A stretch of DNA of 64,000 nucleotides, taken from a virus (taxonomy: Duplodnaviria; Caudoviricetes). The position numbers and the translations under genes were made by a program. This document shows, one piece after another, positions 19,001 to 28,309 of the stretch (position 1 is the stretch's first letter; every line of letters starts with the position of its first letter). The notes beneath the pieces were generated by a model. The model was not told where the DNA came from, did no database searches, and saw only the letters and a list, made by a program, of their open reading frames with translations. Location: IMG/VR virus record IMGVR_UViG_3300021411_000006, positions 9,241 through 73,240 of that record. The stretch is one strand, 5' to 3'.

Positions 19001-20211
19001 GGGTTTAACCGAAGGATAGTCCCCTGGGGATGACTATTGAAACACGCCCATATATAGCTGCCATAAAAAAAAGTCCCAAAAGAGCCGGTTGCTGTTATGC
19101 CGGTCGTTATAATCGTTTCTGACAAGTCGGCTTTTTTGACTTTTGCTAGTGTAGTATTTGACTCATTCGCTATCCACAAATAATCTCCGGCAATGGCAAA
19201 ATCGTCCGTAGTTGTACTGTTGGTTAAAGTTGCTGAGACGACAACAGTTAAAGTCGCGGGGTCGATTTTATAAACCTTTTTCGTGCCTGACCGGGCTGTT
19301 ACATATAGATACGTACCATCATACCTTATCGCGTGCATGAAGTTACTCCCGGAAATATAGGCGGATGTTCTTACATAGGTCGTTAGATTAATCTTGTGAA
19401 CTCGTCCGGGGTTCCCCCCGTCGACCAAGTACAAAGTATTTATACCATCGGTACACAGGCTTTGAATTTCGTTGTAATCGGTCTGTATAGTATCAATGAT
19501 GGTTTGCGCCATTGTCACCGGGTCTATCTCTATCACATAGCTTTCACCAAGACCGTTACCCTCGTTATTCGCGACTGTGTAGACCTTATCCTTACCGTTT
19601 ACATATACAATATCACGAGCATCCTGATAGTCGGAAGAGTCGGGGTCGTAAGCAGAGGCATCTAGTGTTATTGTATCAATATCAGCTAAGTCATCCGGGT
19701 TATTGAACCTGTAAACGTGAGGGGGACTCCACATATCAGAACCCCATATCTTTCCTTTTGCATAAATCAAACCGTGTATTGTAGCATACGGACGAGGTGT
19801 TCTAATAATCTGTTTGTTGTCATCATGGTAAACCAACCCCAAAGATTGAGCTTGGGCATTATTATTCCTTCTCCAATCGCTTATCCAGGATTGGCTAACC
19901 GAATCGGCGGAGCTTGCACTTCCCAGCGATAATTCGGACCAGTCACTGTTTGTTATTCCACCAGCCAGGCTGTAGATCTTCAAACTGTCAGTAACATATA
20001 CCCACATGCCGACCTTTCTCCGAAGGCTGGTGATCGCGTTCCTTTCCACGATTGTCGATACAACCCGGAAACCACCGCGCTGCAAACTGTCGAGATGAGT
20101 CGGGTATGATGCAACCCCGATAGTATTCAGGTGGTCAGCTATTACCACCCCTGGCTGCGAAAAAGCAACTCCAGAAACAAGTAAAAATATAGCGAGAAGT
20201 ATCTTTTTCAT
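16033..20211 (-). CDS. Large tail-fibre/receptor-binding-like protein with signal peptide (1392 aa)
   Basis: MKKILLAIFLLVSGVAFS|Q; N-terminal GGFRVV...ERNAI...RRKVGMWVYV module, propeller-like region, fibre module DGDKGDITVSSSGAVWTIDNDVVTYAKMQN. Confidence 0.8.
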   Translation of the reverse strand: MKKILLAIFLLVSGVAFSQPGVVIADHLNTIGVASYPTHLDSLQRGGFRVVSTIVERNAITSLRRKVGMWVYVTDSLKIYSLAGGITNSDWSELSLGSASSADSVSQSWISDWRRNNNAQAQSLGLVYHDDNKQIIRTPRPYATIHGLIYAKGKIWGSDMWSPPHVYRFNNPDDLADIDTITLDASAYDPDSSDYQDARDIVYVNGKDKVYTVANNEGNGLGESYVIEIDPVTMAQTIIDTIQTDYNEIQSLCTDGINTLYLVDGGNPGRVHKINLTTYVRTSAYISGSNFMHAIRYDGTYLYVTARSGTKKVYKIDPATLTVVVSATLTNSTTTDDFAIAGDYLWIANESNTTLAKVKKADLSETIITTGITATGSFGTFFYGSYIWACFNSHPQGTILRLNPETNEQYKFLLDTLFDQPNEIVTDGSRLFINNYYDTLSPGGSANLHGALIRYAIPTMTYVSGGSAVTASNGLTKTVNDIALGGTFLQNTTIFGLGSYYFRLKNGGDTYFSIDKPSNQYAIGDISGSNNGTALTIEDGSNLSYIKNGALTMKFGINNQTPTVALDVVGEGLFTGDVTVPADAYNATTWNGNNEVPTKDAIRDKIETLGSYYNSNVGSGYRWVIPNTNNIKTFTATNGLTPDSATTNQIGIKLGGTLTVNTTIAQAGFNLDVTNSATNSYVRIRPTNFNSYQESNGGFLFSEIWWAALNPYFQNVDSNYNQIIQFGSGVLHLGNQHATASGAPTSSIEIWGDSLGIKPFLGKLWIDSVRTGTNENTLLAWKQGGTDQGKVAYITIGSGLDLTAGVLTATGGGGFTNLTQFVSQTAWRAFYSDGSGDVQEQAFGTSGKVWTSTGTTSVPTWQDIPAASLTKGVTTISSSATYRVLYDSAGILSNNAAFKYDPPTGELSTTSINVNGIGTISAACCGTLVISSTANTLLSVAGVYYPQQISATGTFFSNTPYIGGQTASATIEVDGGAIFNTFSTSAGDVTINTATKTILFSDASEDEIRIGTSSDAGDFLLQVSGSSSTKYEFLYQSNQVSRAIGQFQNLHASGFVSFDFLDNSSVRAGGMGYANPSASSLPNKFFVFTNSKDLIFSIDNTSTASLTINGSTGVATFLSDVIVPDEVYDATAWNGSLEVPTKNAVRDKIESLSGGVSDGDKGDITVSSSGAVWTIDNDVVTYAKMQNISATNRVMGRITGGSGDMEELTGTQATSLLDVFSTSAKGLVPVASGGSTTTQFLRKDGTWVVPTGTVYTGGIGIDITSEVVSIKGWDAWDNFTTNTTTTSVTTLGTISTPSGTRGVLVVTLIGIETGNNSKGLTGKKFVHWKNDSGTVTVLQIVDEQPDYRETWTTATWTVDASGGDLRIRVTADSVSSTDWNAQYQLKYNAYSL

Positions 20212-21275
20212 TAGTTGACAGAATTACAGTTGACTGTAACGCTTGCGAACACATTATTAGAAGTGTAGATAAGATAGTTTTGGACATACCCCGAAGCATT
20301 CGTAACGGATACGGTCGATGATGTAAACGCCCCTATGCTTTCAATTCCAGAGATTACAATACTGGTCAATGCCCCGTAAGAGCTGGGGTAAGCATAAAAA
20401 ATATATTTATCTGATCCTGACACTACAATACTGAATGTTGACTTTGCTTTTGAGGTAGTCAGCTCCCCACCTCCACCAGCGGCGGAAACGATGTCAGCGC
20501 TTACAGGTGGGTTAGTTGTTGTATATCCCCAGTACCGCTTAGGATAAAAGGTGAAGGCAACCGAGGAAGATGCTGTCTTTGCGTCGCTCGTCGTTACCAG
20601 GTTTGTAAAAGAAGTATTAGTATTCCTGGTAACGCTGGTAGATTTTGTTCCCGATACGGTGCCAGGGGCAGCGGGCTGAGAGAACGACTGGTTTACGCCA
20701 TCGACATTAATAGTTGATAGCGTGGCGGTCGATGCCTGTCTCCCGCCAGTCCAGTTTAAAGTAACGGATAACGCAGCGCCCGCACTCATAAGCTCTAAAT
20801 CAAAAGCCGTGGCAGTCGATGCACTATAGGTTGCGGTAAGCGCCGAGGTTGGTACCTGACTGGGATAAAGAAGCGCTTCTATTGTCGAGTTTAACGTAAT
20901 GGTCCCCAGGTTTACTCCAGTTACAGCAGTGAAATCTCTCGTTATGGGTCTATTACCGTCGAATGATGTAGATCCTGAACCTGACCATCTTGTTTTTTGT
21001 CGAACATATATTGCGCTGTCTTTAATCTGATAAACAAACATCCCTTGCCTGGGAGCAACCACATTCGCCGTATCCTGTACGCGTGGCAACCACAAAGCCT
21101 TTGTAGTCGCACTATCTCCAAGCTGGAGATGGACTGAAGTATTGGGGACCGTTGCAGCGGGTATGCCGATACCCATCCGACCGACCCAGGTGGAATAACC
21201 ATCACGGTTAATGTACTGGGCCTGCGATCCTATCGCAGCAAACAACACTAAAAGTAATATGAGTATCTTTTTCAT
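20211..21275 (-). CDS. Fibre-like virion protein with signal peptide (start ATG 21275, 354 aa)
   Basis: MKKILILLLVLFAAIGSQA|Q; TTKALWLPRV...PRQGMFVY motif; C-terminal YIFYAYPSSYGALTSI domain; TAATG overlaps at both ends. Confidence 0.75.
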   Translation of the reverse strand: MKKILILLLVLFAAIGSQAQYINRDGYSTWVGRMGIGIPAATVPNTSVHLQLGDSATTKALWLPRVQDTANVVAPRQGMFVYQIKDSAIYVRQKTRWSGSGSTSFDGNRPITRDFTAVTGVNLGTITLNSTIEALLYPSQVPTSALTATYSASTATAFDLELMSAGAALSVTLNWTGGRQASTATLSTINVDGVNQSFSQPAAPGTVSGTKSTSVTRNTNTSFTNLVTTSDAKTASSSVAFTFYPKRYWGYTTTNPPVSADIVSAAGGGGELTTSKAKSTFSIVVSGSDKYIFYAYPSSYGALTSIVISGIESIGAFTSSTVSVTNASGYVQNYLIYTSNNVFASVTVNCNSVN

Positions 21276-22453
21276 TATACTGTATATTCTATTCGTAACC
21301 ATTGGTCGGTAAACATTGTGCCTCCGTACTTGAACTTCCTGGGAGCGCTGCCGGTAACCACGATAAATTTTCCTGTCGCTGGTGTGTCACCATCAGCGCC
21401 ACTTGAAAACTGCCGGAGTATTCCGTCCATCCATATATTTGAAATGACCGCACCGTTAAGCGCGACCAGTGTTACTTCGGTAACATCAGCAGAAAGGGTA
21501 TAATTATAAAATAGGCTCGTCCCGCCGCCGCCAGTATAAGCACTGAGATCGTATGGGCTTATAACAGCGCCGCGGTCAACATCGTGAGCGCAGTGGGTAA
21601 TGTTTAAGATCTCTTCCAGCAAATCTTCAGCGTCATCAGCATCGCCGATTCGAAGTTTATGTATAAGGTGGTCATACCTGGCAGTCGCTTTCTGATATTC
21701 GCATTCCAGTGGTCCGCAGGGAGTGCAAACCTGGGCAGCGTCGAGAGCCGCTTTTTGATCGTTCAGACAGTGGATGATATCATTAACAGTCGGCGGGGTG
21801 TCGGCAGTTGTTGCTATTGAGTCGCTGTAGCGGTCAACCAGGGTAAGGAAAGTATAAGTTGGATGGCTGTAGGAAACGTCACGCTGGTAAGTGATCGCGT
21901 ACTCGCTATCGTAGTAATTCCCTAAATGTACCAGGTCAAAATCGTCAGCGCTTCCATTCAGTGTCACCGGAGTACCCATACCGGCACCGATACCAAAATC
22001 TGCCTGCCATGCCACAGTATTACTATTCAGCGTCCACCCAGCTTGGGCAAAATTGGTGTTGTCCCGGTAAAAGAGCGAAGGCGTGAATACGTCAAAATCT
22101 TCCTCCAGGTCCAGCGTCTTCCGGGTATAAGACAGAGTGAAAGTTTTTGTTATTGTTGTAGGCGTGTAATCGGGATGATCGATCTCGTAAGTAATTACAT
22201 AGTCCCCGCACTGTGGATTACCAACGCTGTTGAGCCGCAAGGCCTGGCTATGTGGCTGTAATGCTCCGGAGCTATAAACGATGTCAGTAAAATCTCCGGC
22301 GATCTGTACGCCGTCAGGTTGTAGCACAGTAATCTTTCCCACCAGTGAGGCACTAACTCCGACTGGGTAGTTATCGGGATCAGTGAGAATTATCTGGTTG
22401 GTTACATAATTTAATGCAACGTTTAATGCCTGGTATGCTGAAAGATCTGCCAT
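21275..22453 (-). CDS. Virion protein without signal peptide (possible fibre hub/adaptor)
   Basis: First gene of the coupled fibre run; Cys cluster HCL...VCTPCGPLEC. Confidence 0.55.
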   Translation of the reverse strand: MADLSAYQALNVALNYVTNQIILTDPDNYPVGVSASLVGKITVLQPDGVQIAGDFTDIVYSSGALQPHSQALRLNSVGNPQCGDYVITYEIDHPDYTPTTITKTFTLSYTRKTLDLEEDFDVFTPSLFYRDNTNFAQAGWTLNSNTVAWQADFGIGAGMGTPVTLNGSADDFDLVHLGNYYDSEYAITYQRDVSYSHPTYTFLTLVDRYSDSIATTADTPPTVNDIIHCLNDQKAALDAAQVCTPCGPLECEYQKATARYDHLIHKLRIGDADDAEDLLEEILNITHCAHDVDRGAVISPYDLSAYTGGGGTSLFYNYTLSADVTEVTLVALNGAVISNIWMDGILRQFSSGADGDTPATGKFIVVTGSAPRKFKYGGTMFTDQWLRIEYTV

Positions 22454-22527
22454 CTGCTTTTGGTATTAAAGAGGGGTGGCGCATAAACGCCTCCCCGTTC
22501 TGATTAACCTAAACAAACAGGTTGTGC

Positions 22528-23415
22528 TTATTCGGGCGTGTCAGACTTTCCTTTTGTAGCAGTAACAATCGCCGCTGATACCTTTTTTCGTATCGCAGTC
22601 ACGATAGTCCCGCCGTTTTTACTCGTTGCCAAATATTCGTTAAGCGTTTCCAGGTAATCTTTTCCTTCCACCCGGTCCAGTGACGCGATGACCGTTCCAC
22701 TTTCTCCCCACTTTACCTGGTGTTTTGCAGGGTCGTAGGCTATTACACCTTTATCAAAGGCAAGCCTCAACTCAGCCTTATTTTTGGTTTCCGCATTACT
22801 GATCCGTTCAATAAATTCAGCCGGGCTCTTCATTGCGTAATCCCCGATCTTATCTCTTAAAACCTGGATATCGTCAGCGCTGTCCCAGTTAAGGGAGGCA
22901 GCTACCATCCGGATATCTTCGGCCTTCATGTCTTCATGTAATACAAGTGCGTCGCGCAGAACGGATCTCTTTTTGGTTCTTTCCTTTGCCTCGGCTCCGG
23001 GATCGACCAGGCGGATCAGTTTTGTAGTATTAACATCCGCGTTTGGATTGGAGGTGTTGTAGTTGCAAATAGAAAAAAACTGGTGCCATTGCATCTCTTC
23101 AATACTGTCGCCGTGTAAGTCAAAGCGGGCTCCTACAGAACCATTAGCGCCGCCGCCATCGACAACAAATTTTTGGCACTTCTTTACCTTGTCGCCTTCG
23201 ACAATCTTGGGTAGACCGATATCGATAAAGTTTTTACCATCTTTGATCCTGTCTCTTCCGCGCAGGCTGCGGGCAGCGCCATAAAGAGGCCTGTCAGTTA
23301 AATGATCCTTATCAAAAATTAACCATTCGTAGGTAACAACCTGTCCCGGTTCAAGTACCGGCAGTTTTGATTTAAGACCTTCAGAGAGGTCATTGAATTT
23401 TCCAATCTTTTCCAT
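22528..23415 (-). CDS. Conserved morphogenesis-region protein (295 aa)
   Basis: Directly downstream of the capsid gene; function not recognised. Confidence 0.55.
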   Translation of the reverse strand: MEKIGKFNDLSEGLKSKLPVLEPGQVVTYEWLIFDKDHLTDRPLYGAARSLRGRDRIKDGKNFIDIGLPKIVEGDKVKKCQKFVVDGGGANGSVGARFDLHGDSIEEMQWHQFFSICNYNTSNPNADVNTTKLIRLVDPGAEAKERTKKRSVLRDALVLHEDMKAEDIRMVAASLNWDSADDIQVLRDKIGDYAMKSPAEFIERISNAETKNKAELRLAFDKGVIAYDPAKHQVKWGESGTVIASLDRVEGKDYLETLNEYLATSKNGGTIVTAIRKKVSAAIVTATKGKSDTPE

Positions 23416-23441
23416 GTTGTTTAAGTTTATTAGTTAATCAG

Positions 23442-23473
23442 AAAAAGAGTGATCGTTTCCGATCACTCTTTTA
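23442..23473 (-). terminator. Terminator after the capsid gene
   Basis: AAAAAGAGTGATCG-TTTC-CGATCACTCTTTTT, 14-bp stem with a GAAA loop on the minus strand. Confidence 0.85.
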
Positions 23474-23487
23474 TTTTGCTTGGAAGC

Positions 23488-24822
23488 TTAGGAATTGACT
23501 TTCAGCCTGCCGAACTGCTCGGCACCCAGGACCTCGGGGGCCTGGTAGGTAAGCCAGTTGCACACCCAGTTTGCGGTTTCTCCACTTGGAGTAACCGGGG
23601 AGGCAGCGCCGCTATGGAACTCAGCCCATATATCGTTGCCCTGGTTGGTTTGGCTATTGGCAATCGGGTGCTTCATGTAACGCATGCCGATACGGTTTTC
23701 AAACCCGGCAGCGCTATCAGTAGCGGATTGCGCTTTTACCTTACCTGTAGGAATGAAGTACAGGTACTTCTTAATATCGGCTGCGATCAGCTCAGGATGA
23801 TCCAGGATAGGCAAACGCATTTTCTGGAACGTACCGTTACTGTATTCGACCTTTTGGACGTTAAAGTTTAACTCCTTACCGTCTACGTTCAGCATTGCTG
23901 AAGTAACGCCGGAGCTGTTAACGCCTTTCCAGTAGTCGTCCCACCGGCGAGAAGCAGCGGTTGAACCGGCAACCATGAAATCAAGATCTGACTTCTTAGC
24001 TACCATTAGGTCAACAAACTGGCCCAGGTCATCGGCATCAAATACGCCGAGTACGTCAACCGCATCGTCAACACCGAGTGAAGAGATGTATTGGTCGAGG
24101 CCACGGCAAAACTGCATGTTACCGCCGCCCTGGGGATCAAGGATCGCAGAAGTGGCGGAAGTAAATACGCTCACGGAAATCTTGCCCTGAATACAGGCGG
24201 CGTTAACTTCCGCTTTGTGTTTCAGATATTTTTCAATAAGATCCTTCTGGTAGAAATAATTCTTACCATCCCAAGAAACTTCGGTCGTGGTCATCCTATT
24301 CAGGTCTGACTCGATGTTTGTTTCGCGGAAAATCTGGATCAGGTTATATTGCTTGGTGAGATCCCGGCGCTGGTTGCTCCTGCTGATTGAGCTTTCACCA
24401 ACGGCATTGGCAAAGAATACGATGTTTTGGCCAGTGGTGTGTACCAGGTTACCGCCGTCCACCGATTTAAAGGTTACGTTGTCGCTTGATCCGGGTGTAA
24501 TTGCGGATACATAGCCTACGCTACCATCGGTAAAGCGTACCTCGTCGTTAAGCCTGGCATTACCGGATGTACCGGTCGTCAGGTCAACTACAACAGTTGC
24601 TGTTCCTGAGCCGGTAACTGAACCGGTTGAAACACCAACTACCCACAGGGGTTTGTTTACATAGTTATGGAATATTGTTTGGGTGGAAGGACGGTAACGC
24701 CCGAAAGCGCCCATAAGATCGGTCAGGCCGATTGTGTTTTGGATGTCAACCACTTTTGGGAGGATCTCCCTTGTGTCGAGTAAAGCAATGGCGGACACAT
24801 ACGCCTTATTATTTTCAGCCAT
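23488..24822 (-). CDS. Major capsid protein
   Basis: 444 aa; portal-scaffold-capsid order; followed by a strong terminator. Confidence 0.8.
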   Translation of the reverse strand: MAENNKAYVSAIALLDTREILPKVVDIQNTIGLTDLMGAFGRYRPSTQTIFHNYVNKPLWVVGVSTGSVTGSGTATVVVDLTTGTSGNARLNDEVRFTDGSVGYVSAITPGSSDNVTFKSVDGGNLVHTTGQNIVFFANAVGESSISRSNQRRDLTKQYNLIQIFRETNIESDLNRMTTTEVSWDGKNYFYQKDLIEKYLKHKAEVNAACIQGKISVSVFTSATSAILDPQGGGNMQFCRGLDQYISSLGVDDAVDVLGVFDADDLGQFVDLMVAKKSDLDFMVAGSTAASRRWDDYWKGVNSSGVTSAMLNVDGKELNFNVQKVEYSNGTFQKMRLPILDHPELIAADIKKYLYFIPTGKVKAQSATDSAAGFENRIGMRYMKHPIANSQTNQGNDIWAEFHSGAASPVTPSGETANWVCNWLTYQAPEVLGAEQFGRLKVNS

Positions 24823-24878
24823 GTTGGGTACGGATTAAAAACGGGTAATGAGAATAGGGTTACTAAGTAACCAGGGGA

Positions 24879-25979
24879 TTAAACGGGTCTATCTTTTCCG
24901 CGATTCGTAAAAGCTTCAAGTAGGCTTTCCTTTTTCTCTCCTGGTACTGGAGTCTTCTCTTTGGGTATATTGTGTAAGTCGTCAACTTCGGCTTTTATTC
25001 CTAAGCTCTTACCTCTGTCGGTTAATGTTTTCTCGACCGCCTTACGGTTCAAACCGTAATTAATGGTCGCATATAAAAGGTCAAGATCTAACTCGCCTTT
25101 TTCATCCACAAACATGGTAAAGAACTTGTTGTCGGTTTTTACAAAATTCAGGATTGTTTCCGGGTCTATATCCACAAGGGTTGCGGCATCGCCTTCGCCC
25201 AGTGTAATTTTTTTATCAGTGCGTAATTTTTGGGTTACAGCACTTTCATCGACCGTGGAAATAAAATCCTGTTTTGCCCTTGTAGCTTCTTCCAGCTTCG
25301 TTGCTTGTTCGGTATCAGCTTTCCGATCTGCGATGGTAAATTTTTCGTCCGCTTCTTTGTACTTCTTGCGAAGTGCATCGGCTTCCAGCTTTCGTTCCAG
25401 TAGAGAAACTTTCTTTTCTTTCTCATCTGAAAACTCTTCCTCTGCCGGGAATCGGCTTTGGATACGCTTTTCAGCCAGGATCTCAAAACTTTCAGCATCC
25501 AGATCGGGGAATTGCTGCCGGAGGTCATATCGCAAAACGTCCATGTCGGGCACTTTGCTCCAATCCCTTCCTTTCGCCTCCAGGTATTTGGCAGTATCAC
25601 CGCCTCCTTTCCTGTAGTCGAGTAGACCGATCTCGAACTCGTCTAAACCAAGTTCTTTCAGGGCCTCGTTCCGGTCAGCTTTTTTAAGAGCGTCTTTCCA
25701 GTCAAATTTCTCAGGCTTGACTTCTACCGTTTTCTCCACTTTTGCAACCGTCTCGGTTGGCTTCGTGGCTTCTGCTGGGGGAGCGGGAGCTTCTGTTTTT
25801 TCCGCTGGGATCACCGTCTCGGTTTTCTCCAGGGGAGGCGCAGGCGCTTCCACTTTTGTTATTTCAACAGGCTTTACAGCCGTATCTTTTATTTGCCCTG
25901 TGGTGGCATCAAAGGCCTTCAAAAAATCCGCTTTGCCTTCTACTCGTGGCGCTTCTTCTACTACTACCTCGTCAGCCAT
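24879..25979 (-). CDS. Capsid scaffolding protein
   Basis: Glu/Lys-rich helical protein with a P/A/E/T low-complexity N-terminus, between portal and capsid. Confidence 0.7.
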   Translation of the reverse strand: MADEVVVEEAPRVEGKADFLKAFDATTGQIKDTAVKPVEITKVEAPAPPLEKTETVIPAEKTEAPAPPAEATKPTETVAKVEKTVEVKPEKFDWKDALKKADRNEALKELGLDEFEIGLLDYRKGGGDTAKYLEAKGRDWSKVPDMDVLRYDLRQQFPDLDAESFEILAEKRIQSRFPAEEEFSDEKEKKVSLLERKLEADALRKKYKEADEKFTIADRKADTEQATKLEEATRAKQDFISTVDESAVTQKLRTDKKITLGEGDAATLVDIDPETILNFVKTDNKFFTMFVDEKGELDLDLLYATINYGLNRKAVEKTLTDRGKSLGIKAEVDDLHNIPKEKTPVPGEKKESLLEAFTNRGKDRPV

Positions 25980-26006
25980 AGGGTGTTGTTGGTTAGATTA
26001 ATTAAC

Positions 26007-26035
26007 CAAAATTATACAAGGTTTGGAATAACAAA
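26007..26035 (-). promoter_or_regulatory. Bacteroidota sigmaA-type promoter upstream of scaffold/capsid
   Basis: Minus-strand TAATTTTG (26014-26007) and TTTG (26035-26032); 17-nt spacer, slightly short. Confidence 0.5.
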
Positions 26036-26048
26036 ATAGTTTTCATAC

Positions 26049-28307
26049 CTATTTTTTATAAGAATCGTTTATGGTCTGCGTTTCTTTCTTGTCCTCTCCT
26101 TCCATGTGCTTGGTCAAAAGCTTCACGTTAGCACCGGTATCGGTGGCGTGATCCATTGAGGCTAGTTTCATTTGCAATAATTCTTTCTCTCCCGCGATCT
26201 TCGTTACCTCCAGTTCAGTTTTTAGCTTATATTCCAGGGCAAGGGTAGCTTGCTTCGCTGCCTCGACTGCCTGGCCACTCTGGACCTGTATTTTACCATT
26301 CTCCTGCATCTTCTGTAGCTCGTACTGTTGCATCTCTTTCTTTTTCTTCTCTATGCTGTACGCAAGCTGCACCCTGGCCTGTTTTAGGTTGTTGGTCTCG
26401 GTAATCATTATTACATCGTCAGGGGAAATCAAGCCCTGGTTGTCTTTAATGTTCATTTGCTGTAACAGTAATTCCTTTTGCGCCTCTGTCGGTTTGTCTT
26501 CTAGTTTCACATCCCAAACCCGGTCAGCGATATCCTTTGTCACCCGGATAAACCGGACAGTCTCATCGCCTAAGGTCCTGGTGACACCTTCAATATCGCC
26601 TTGTAGCACTGTAAGTACCAGGCGCTGTATTACACCTTTCGAAAGGTTCTCGGTCAGTTGCTTATCAGCAAAAGTTATTGGGTAAAGCGCATTGTTTGTC
26701 GCTTCGTTGCCCAGGCTGGCTACATAGTTCAGCGTCCGCTCTCCGGGTGTGCTGCCATCGGTAAGGTCGTTCAGCCCGGTTACGTCTCTCATCTCGGAAA
26801 GTATGCGGGCCAGGTCGTTTACCAGTACTGTATATTCCTGGTGCATGCCGGTCGGTTCAATATCGACCATTTTATAATTTTGCAGCTGACCGCTTACATC
26901 CATCCTTCGGCCCATCGCCACAAAGTTTTGAAACACCAGCTCCAGGATCTCTTTTGGTTTCATTGGATCACCGGAAGCGCCAAGCGCCACGTTTTCCATT
27001 GCCTGTATGTCCAGGTTGATAATGTATGGCACCCATTTATTTTTAAAATTCTGGACCTTATAAATAGTGTTGTGATATTCGTCGATAATAGGAATAAGCC
27101 TTTCCATCATTCCCAGCGCGCGCATGCGGTCGAAGTTGTAAGCAAAGACGTGGTAGCTTAAAGTCGTAGTCGCCTTGTTCGGTTTCGTTCTTTTAAGGTA
27201 TGTTCCCAGGCCGTCATCATAGACGTAATCGGTGCCAACTATCCACTTGCCTTTGTAAACTACCTGCAATGGCTTTGCAACATATTTTTGCACTTCCTTG
27301 CCAGCGACAGTTACCATCGACCCCTTTTTCTTGTTGTTATAGTCGGTGCGGCGGAAAAGTTCGTTCCCGGATTTATTTTCCCTTCTCTCATATACACGGT
27401 CATTGTAACTGAAAAATTCCATATCCAATACCTGCACGGTCTGGCTATCGATTGCCGTCATAGAGGATACGGTACTGGTCCAGGTTTGATTTCCTGACCT
27501 TGCTGCCTGGTAGATATCCTTACGGGTCTCCTCGTCAAAAGGGAGTTCGCATACATTTACTTCAGTCAGCTCTCCAATATACTTCGCGTCGGAAAAGTCT
27601 GCTTTCCGGCAAGCACTTACCACAAGGCTTGCGATATCTACATCCCGGACCCTAACTTCGTTATTTTCGTCGACGTACTCTTTGTAGGAACCGGCTCCAT
27701 AATCAAAAAGACTTTCCAGATCAGCGCGGCGAAGATTTTTAAAGCCGTTTCGGTATAGTACATAATCGATGCCCATTTCTGCCTCCATTGCCACCTTTAG
27801 CTTTACTCCGAGGTCCTTCATCATTTCCAGCTCCTGTATGTTTTCGGGATCTCCATGCTCTTTTGCAAAAGCAGGTAACTGGGCAAGCGCCGGGTTAACC
27901 TTTAACATCTCGTCACGCATGCGGATTTTTGCCTTATGCTTTATGTAATAGGTCTCCGTTTCATCCCTGGCCAGCAAGTCGATTGGAGTAGCTACGATAT
28001 TGTAACCTTTCTGCACAAGCTTTGACAAAGCGATATCCCTGAGCTTTGCAGCTATCGCCCGGATCGACCAATCAATGTTTACCCAGCTGGAGTCACTGGC
28101 TTCATCGATAAGCACGTTCTTTTTATATTTCTCTACGCTTTGCCTGGCCAGTACATAGTCCTTTATCTCTTTGTACCGAAACCGGGCACCGTAAAACATT
28201 TTTACGTTACTCCGCTCAAATTCACCCCATGCAGCTTTTATATACTGCATGATCCATTTGGAGCCTTTTTCTGAGGGGTTTATGTCGTGGGACGGAAAAT
28301 TATTCAT
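26049..28307 (-). CDS. Portal protein (crAss-like size and position)
   Basis: 752 aa directly after TerL; FPSHDINPSEKGSKW start and Gln/Glu-rich coiled C-terminus. Confidence 0.85.
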   Translation of the reverse strand: MNNFPSHDINPSEKGSKWIMQYIKAAWGEFERSNVKMFYGARFRYKEIKDYVLARQSVEKYKKNVLIDEASDSSWVNIDWSIRAIAAKLRDIALSKLVQKGYNIVATPIDLLARDETETYYIKHKAKIRMRDEMLKVNPALAQLPAFAKEHGDPENIQELEMMKDLGVKLKVAMEAEMGIDYVLYRNGFKNLRRADLESLFDYGAGSYKEYVDENNEVRVRDVDIASLVVSACRKADFSDAKYIGELTEVNVCELPFDEETRKDIYQAARSGNQTWTSTVSSMTAIDSQTVQVLDMEFFSYNDRVYERRENKSGNELFRRTDYNNKKKGSMVTVAGKEVQKYVAKPLQVVYKGKWIVGTDYVYDDGLGTYLKRTKPNKATTTLSYHVFAYNFDRMRALGMMERLIPIIDEYHNTIYKVQNFKNKWVPYIINLDIQAMENVALGASGDPMKPKEILELVFQNFVAMGRRMDVSGQLQNYKMVDIEPTGMHQEYTVLVNDLARILSEMRDVTGLNDLTDGSTPGERTLNYVASLGNEATNNALYPITFADKQLTENLSKGVIQRLVLTVLQGDIEGVTRTLGDETVRFIRVTKDIADRVWDVKLEDKPTEAQKELLLQQMNIKDNQGLISPDDVIMITETNNLKQARVQLAYSIEKKKKEMQQYELQKMQENGKIQVQSGQAVEAAKQATLALEYKLKTELEVTKIAGEKELLQMKLASMDHATDTGANVKLLTKHMEGEDKKETQTINDSYKK

Positions 28308-28309
28308 TG

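Noticed and set aside
21276-21302. Upstream start (MVTNRIYSI) for the 363-aa ORF
   Set aside because: The TAATG overlap at 21275 and an intact MKK leader favour the later ATG.
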